Below are positions 63,407-64,000 of a DNA stretch of 64,000 nt, in pieces. Source of the stretch: Natronomonas sp. (GTDB lineage Archaea; Halobacteriota; Halobacteria; Halobacteriales; Haloarculaceae). The DNA is taken from assembly GCF_028274965.1 (NCBI RefSeq), contig NZ_JAQCNO010000071.1:69505-133504 (forward strand). Direction: 5' to 3'. Both the position numbers and the translations under genes were made by a program. The notes beneath the pieces were generated by a model. The model ran no database searches. It saw nothing but the letters and a program-made list of their open reading frames with translations, and had not been told where the DNA came from. The first letter of the stretch is position 1; each line of letters starts with the position of its first letter.

Positions 63407-63925
63407 TCACGCCGGGGCGTCCCGCTGTGGGGGCTCGGCCCGGAGCGCGTCGAGTTCGGCGAGTATCTCGTCGACGTCGGGGCGATCGAACGTCGAGGAG
63501 CCCTTGTGGACGTACGCTATCTCCGGGTCCGAGCCCCGCCTGTCGACGACGACCACCTCCGGCATCCGGCCGAAGAAATCCGAGAACTTCCCGAGGATCC
63601 CGAACCGGACGGGCTGGTCGTACGCGTCGCCGGCCTCGACGTCCGGGTCCGCCAACAGCGGGTACGGGAGCCCGAACTTCTCCTGCCACTGCTCGACGCG
63701 CTCGATCGGTTCGGGGACGATCGAGACGACCTCCGCGCCCCGTCCGTGGAACGCCTCGATGCGATCGGCGAGGTCCCGGACCTGCTTGCGGCAGTTCGTG
63801 CAGTAGTGGTCGCGCTGAAAAAAGAGCACGGCGAACTCGACGTCGTCCGGAAGCGCCGAGAGCGAGAAGGGGTCCGGGCCGACGGCGACGTTCGGGAGCG
63901 AGAACTCCCTTGCTTCCTGTGTCAT
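63407..63925 (-). CDS. Redoxin/AhpC-TSA family thiol-disulfide oxidoreductase with CxxC
   Basis: FFQRDHYCTNCRKQ sits at the peroxiredoxin active-site position, in a thioredoxin-fold context. Confidence 0.7.
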   Translation of the reverse strand: MTQEAREFSLPNVAVGPDPFSLSALPDDVEFAVLFFQRDHYCTNCRKQVRDLADRIEAFHGRGAEVVSIVPEPIERVEQWQEKFGLPYPLLADPDVEAGDAYDQPVRFGILGKFSDFFGRMPEVVVVDRRGSDPEIAYVHKGSSTFDRPDVDEILAELDALRAEPPQRDAPA

Positions 63926-64000
63926 GCGCGGTCATACGCGCCCGGCGAACAAAACGGTACGGTCCGGTCGGTCGATCGAGCGTCACTCGGCAAACGTTCC

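Noticed and set aside
63926-64000. Possible additional gene at the right window edge (a minus-strand stop-like tca at about 63984)
   Set aside because: Too little sequence is available to judge. The only track ORF there (63369-63986) is an Arg-rich alternative frame of the redoxin gene.

Overview
The window looks like chromosomal DNA from a haloarchaeon (class Halobacteria). G+C is about two-thirds, proteins are very acidic, and secreted proteins carry Tat (twin-arginine) signals with a lipobox. Lineage markers include gshA (gamma-glutamylcysteine ligase), carS (CDP-archaeol synthase), a phosphomevalonate-decarboxylase-type GHMP enzyme and a purN-purH fusion. I call about 65 protein genes, tightly packed on both strands. 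Many have a TATA-like box 20-24 nt upstream of the start codon, which suggests leaderless mRNAs. Most of the content is housekeeping:
- purine, lysine, folate and dUTP metabolism
- gluconeogenesis (fba-fbp)
- glutamate dehydrogenase and a CitE-like lyase
- a divergent Liv-type amino-acid ABC transporter
- a ThiBPQ-like ABC transporter with a YkoF/MTH1187-like protein
- an XPD/Rad3 helicase
- a stand-alone HerA-like ATPase
- a two-domain bactofilin (halofilin-like)
- several peroxiredoxin-fold proteins

I found no rRNA, tRNA, CRISPR array, transposase or integrase.

The clear outlier is a low-GC islet of about 1.7 kb (about 32400-34114) between an MBL hydrolase gene and a NifU-like gene.
- It is bracketed by imperfect direct repeats of about 65 bp.
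- It encodes only three small membrane proteins with non-host codon usage.
- Two of them carry paralogous N-terminal CxxC-x10-CPxC zinc ribbons.
- The third has a holin-like layout: two transmembrane (TM) helices plus a lysine-rich tail.
- A truncated Tat-lipoprotein gene sits on its left edge.

This islet is my best candidate for an undescribed module, either a provirus or mobile remnant or a membrane-acting system. Other oddities:
- a hybrid histidine kinase whose receiver domain lacks the phospho-acceptor Asp
- a peroxiredoxin-fold protein with no cysteine
- a 'sulfatase' whose formylglycine motif reads T-L-P-S-H
- a co-directional cluster of gshA, a glutamine amidotransferase, a small acidic protein and an aminotransferase
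- several perfect palindromes in divergent promoter regions

All functional calls come from motif and family recognition by eye. No database search was run.
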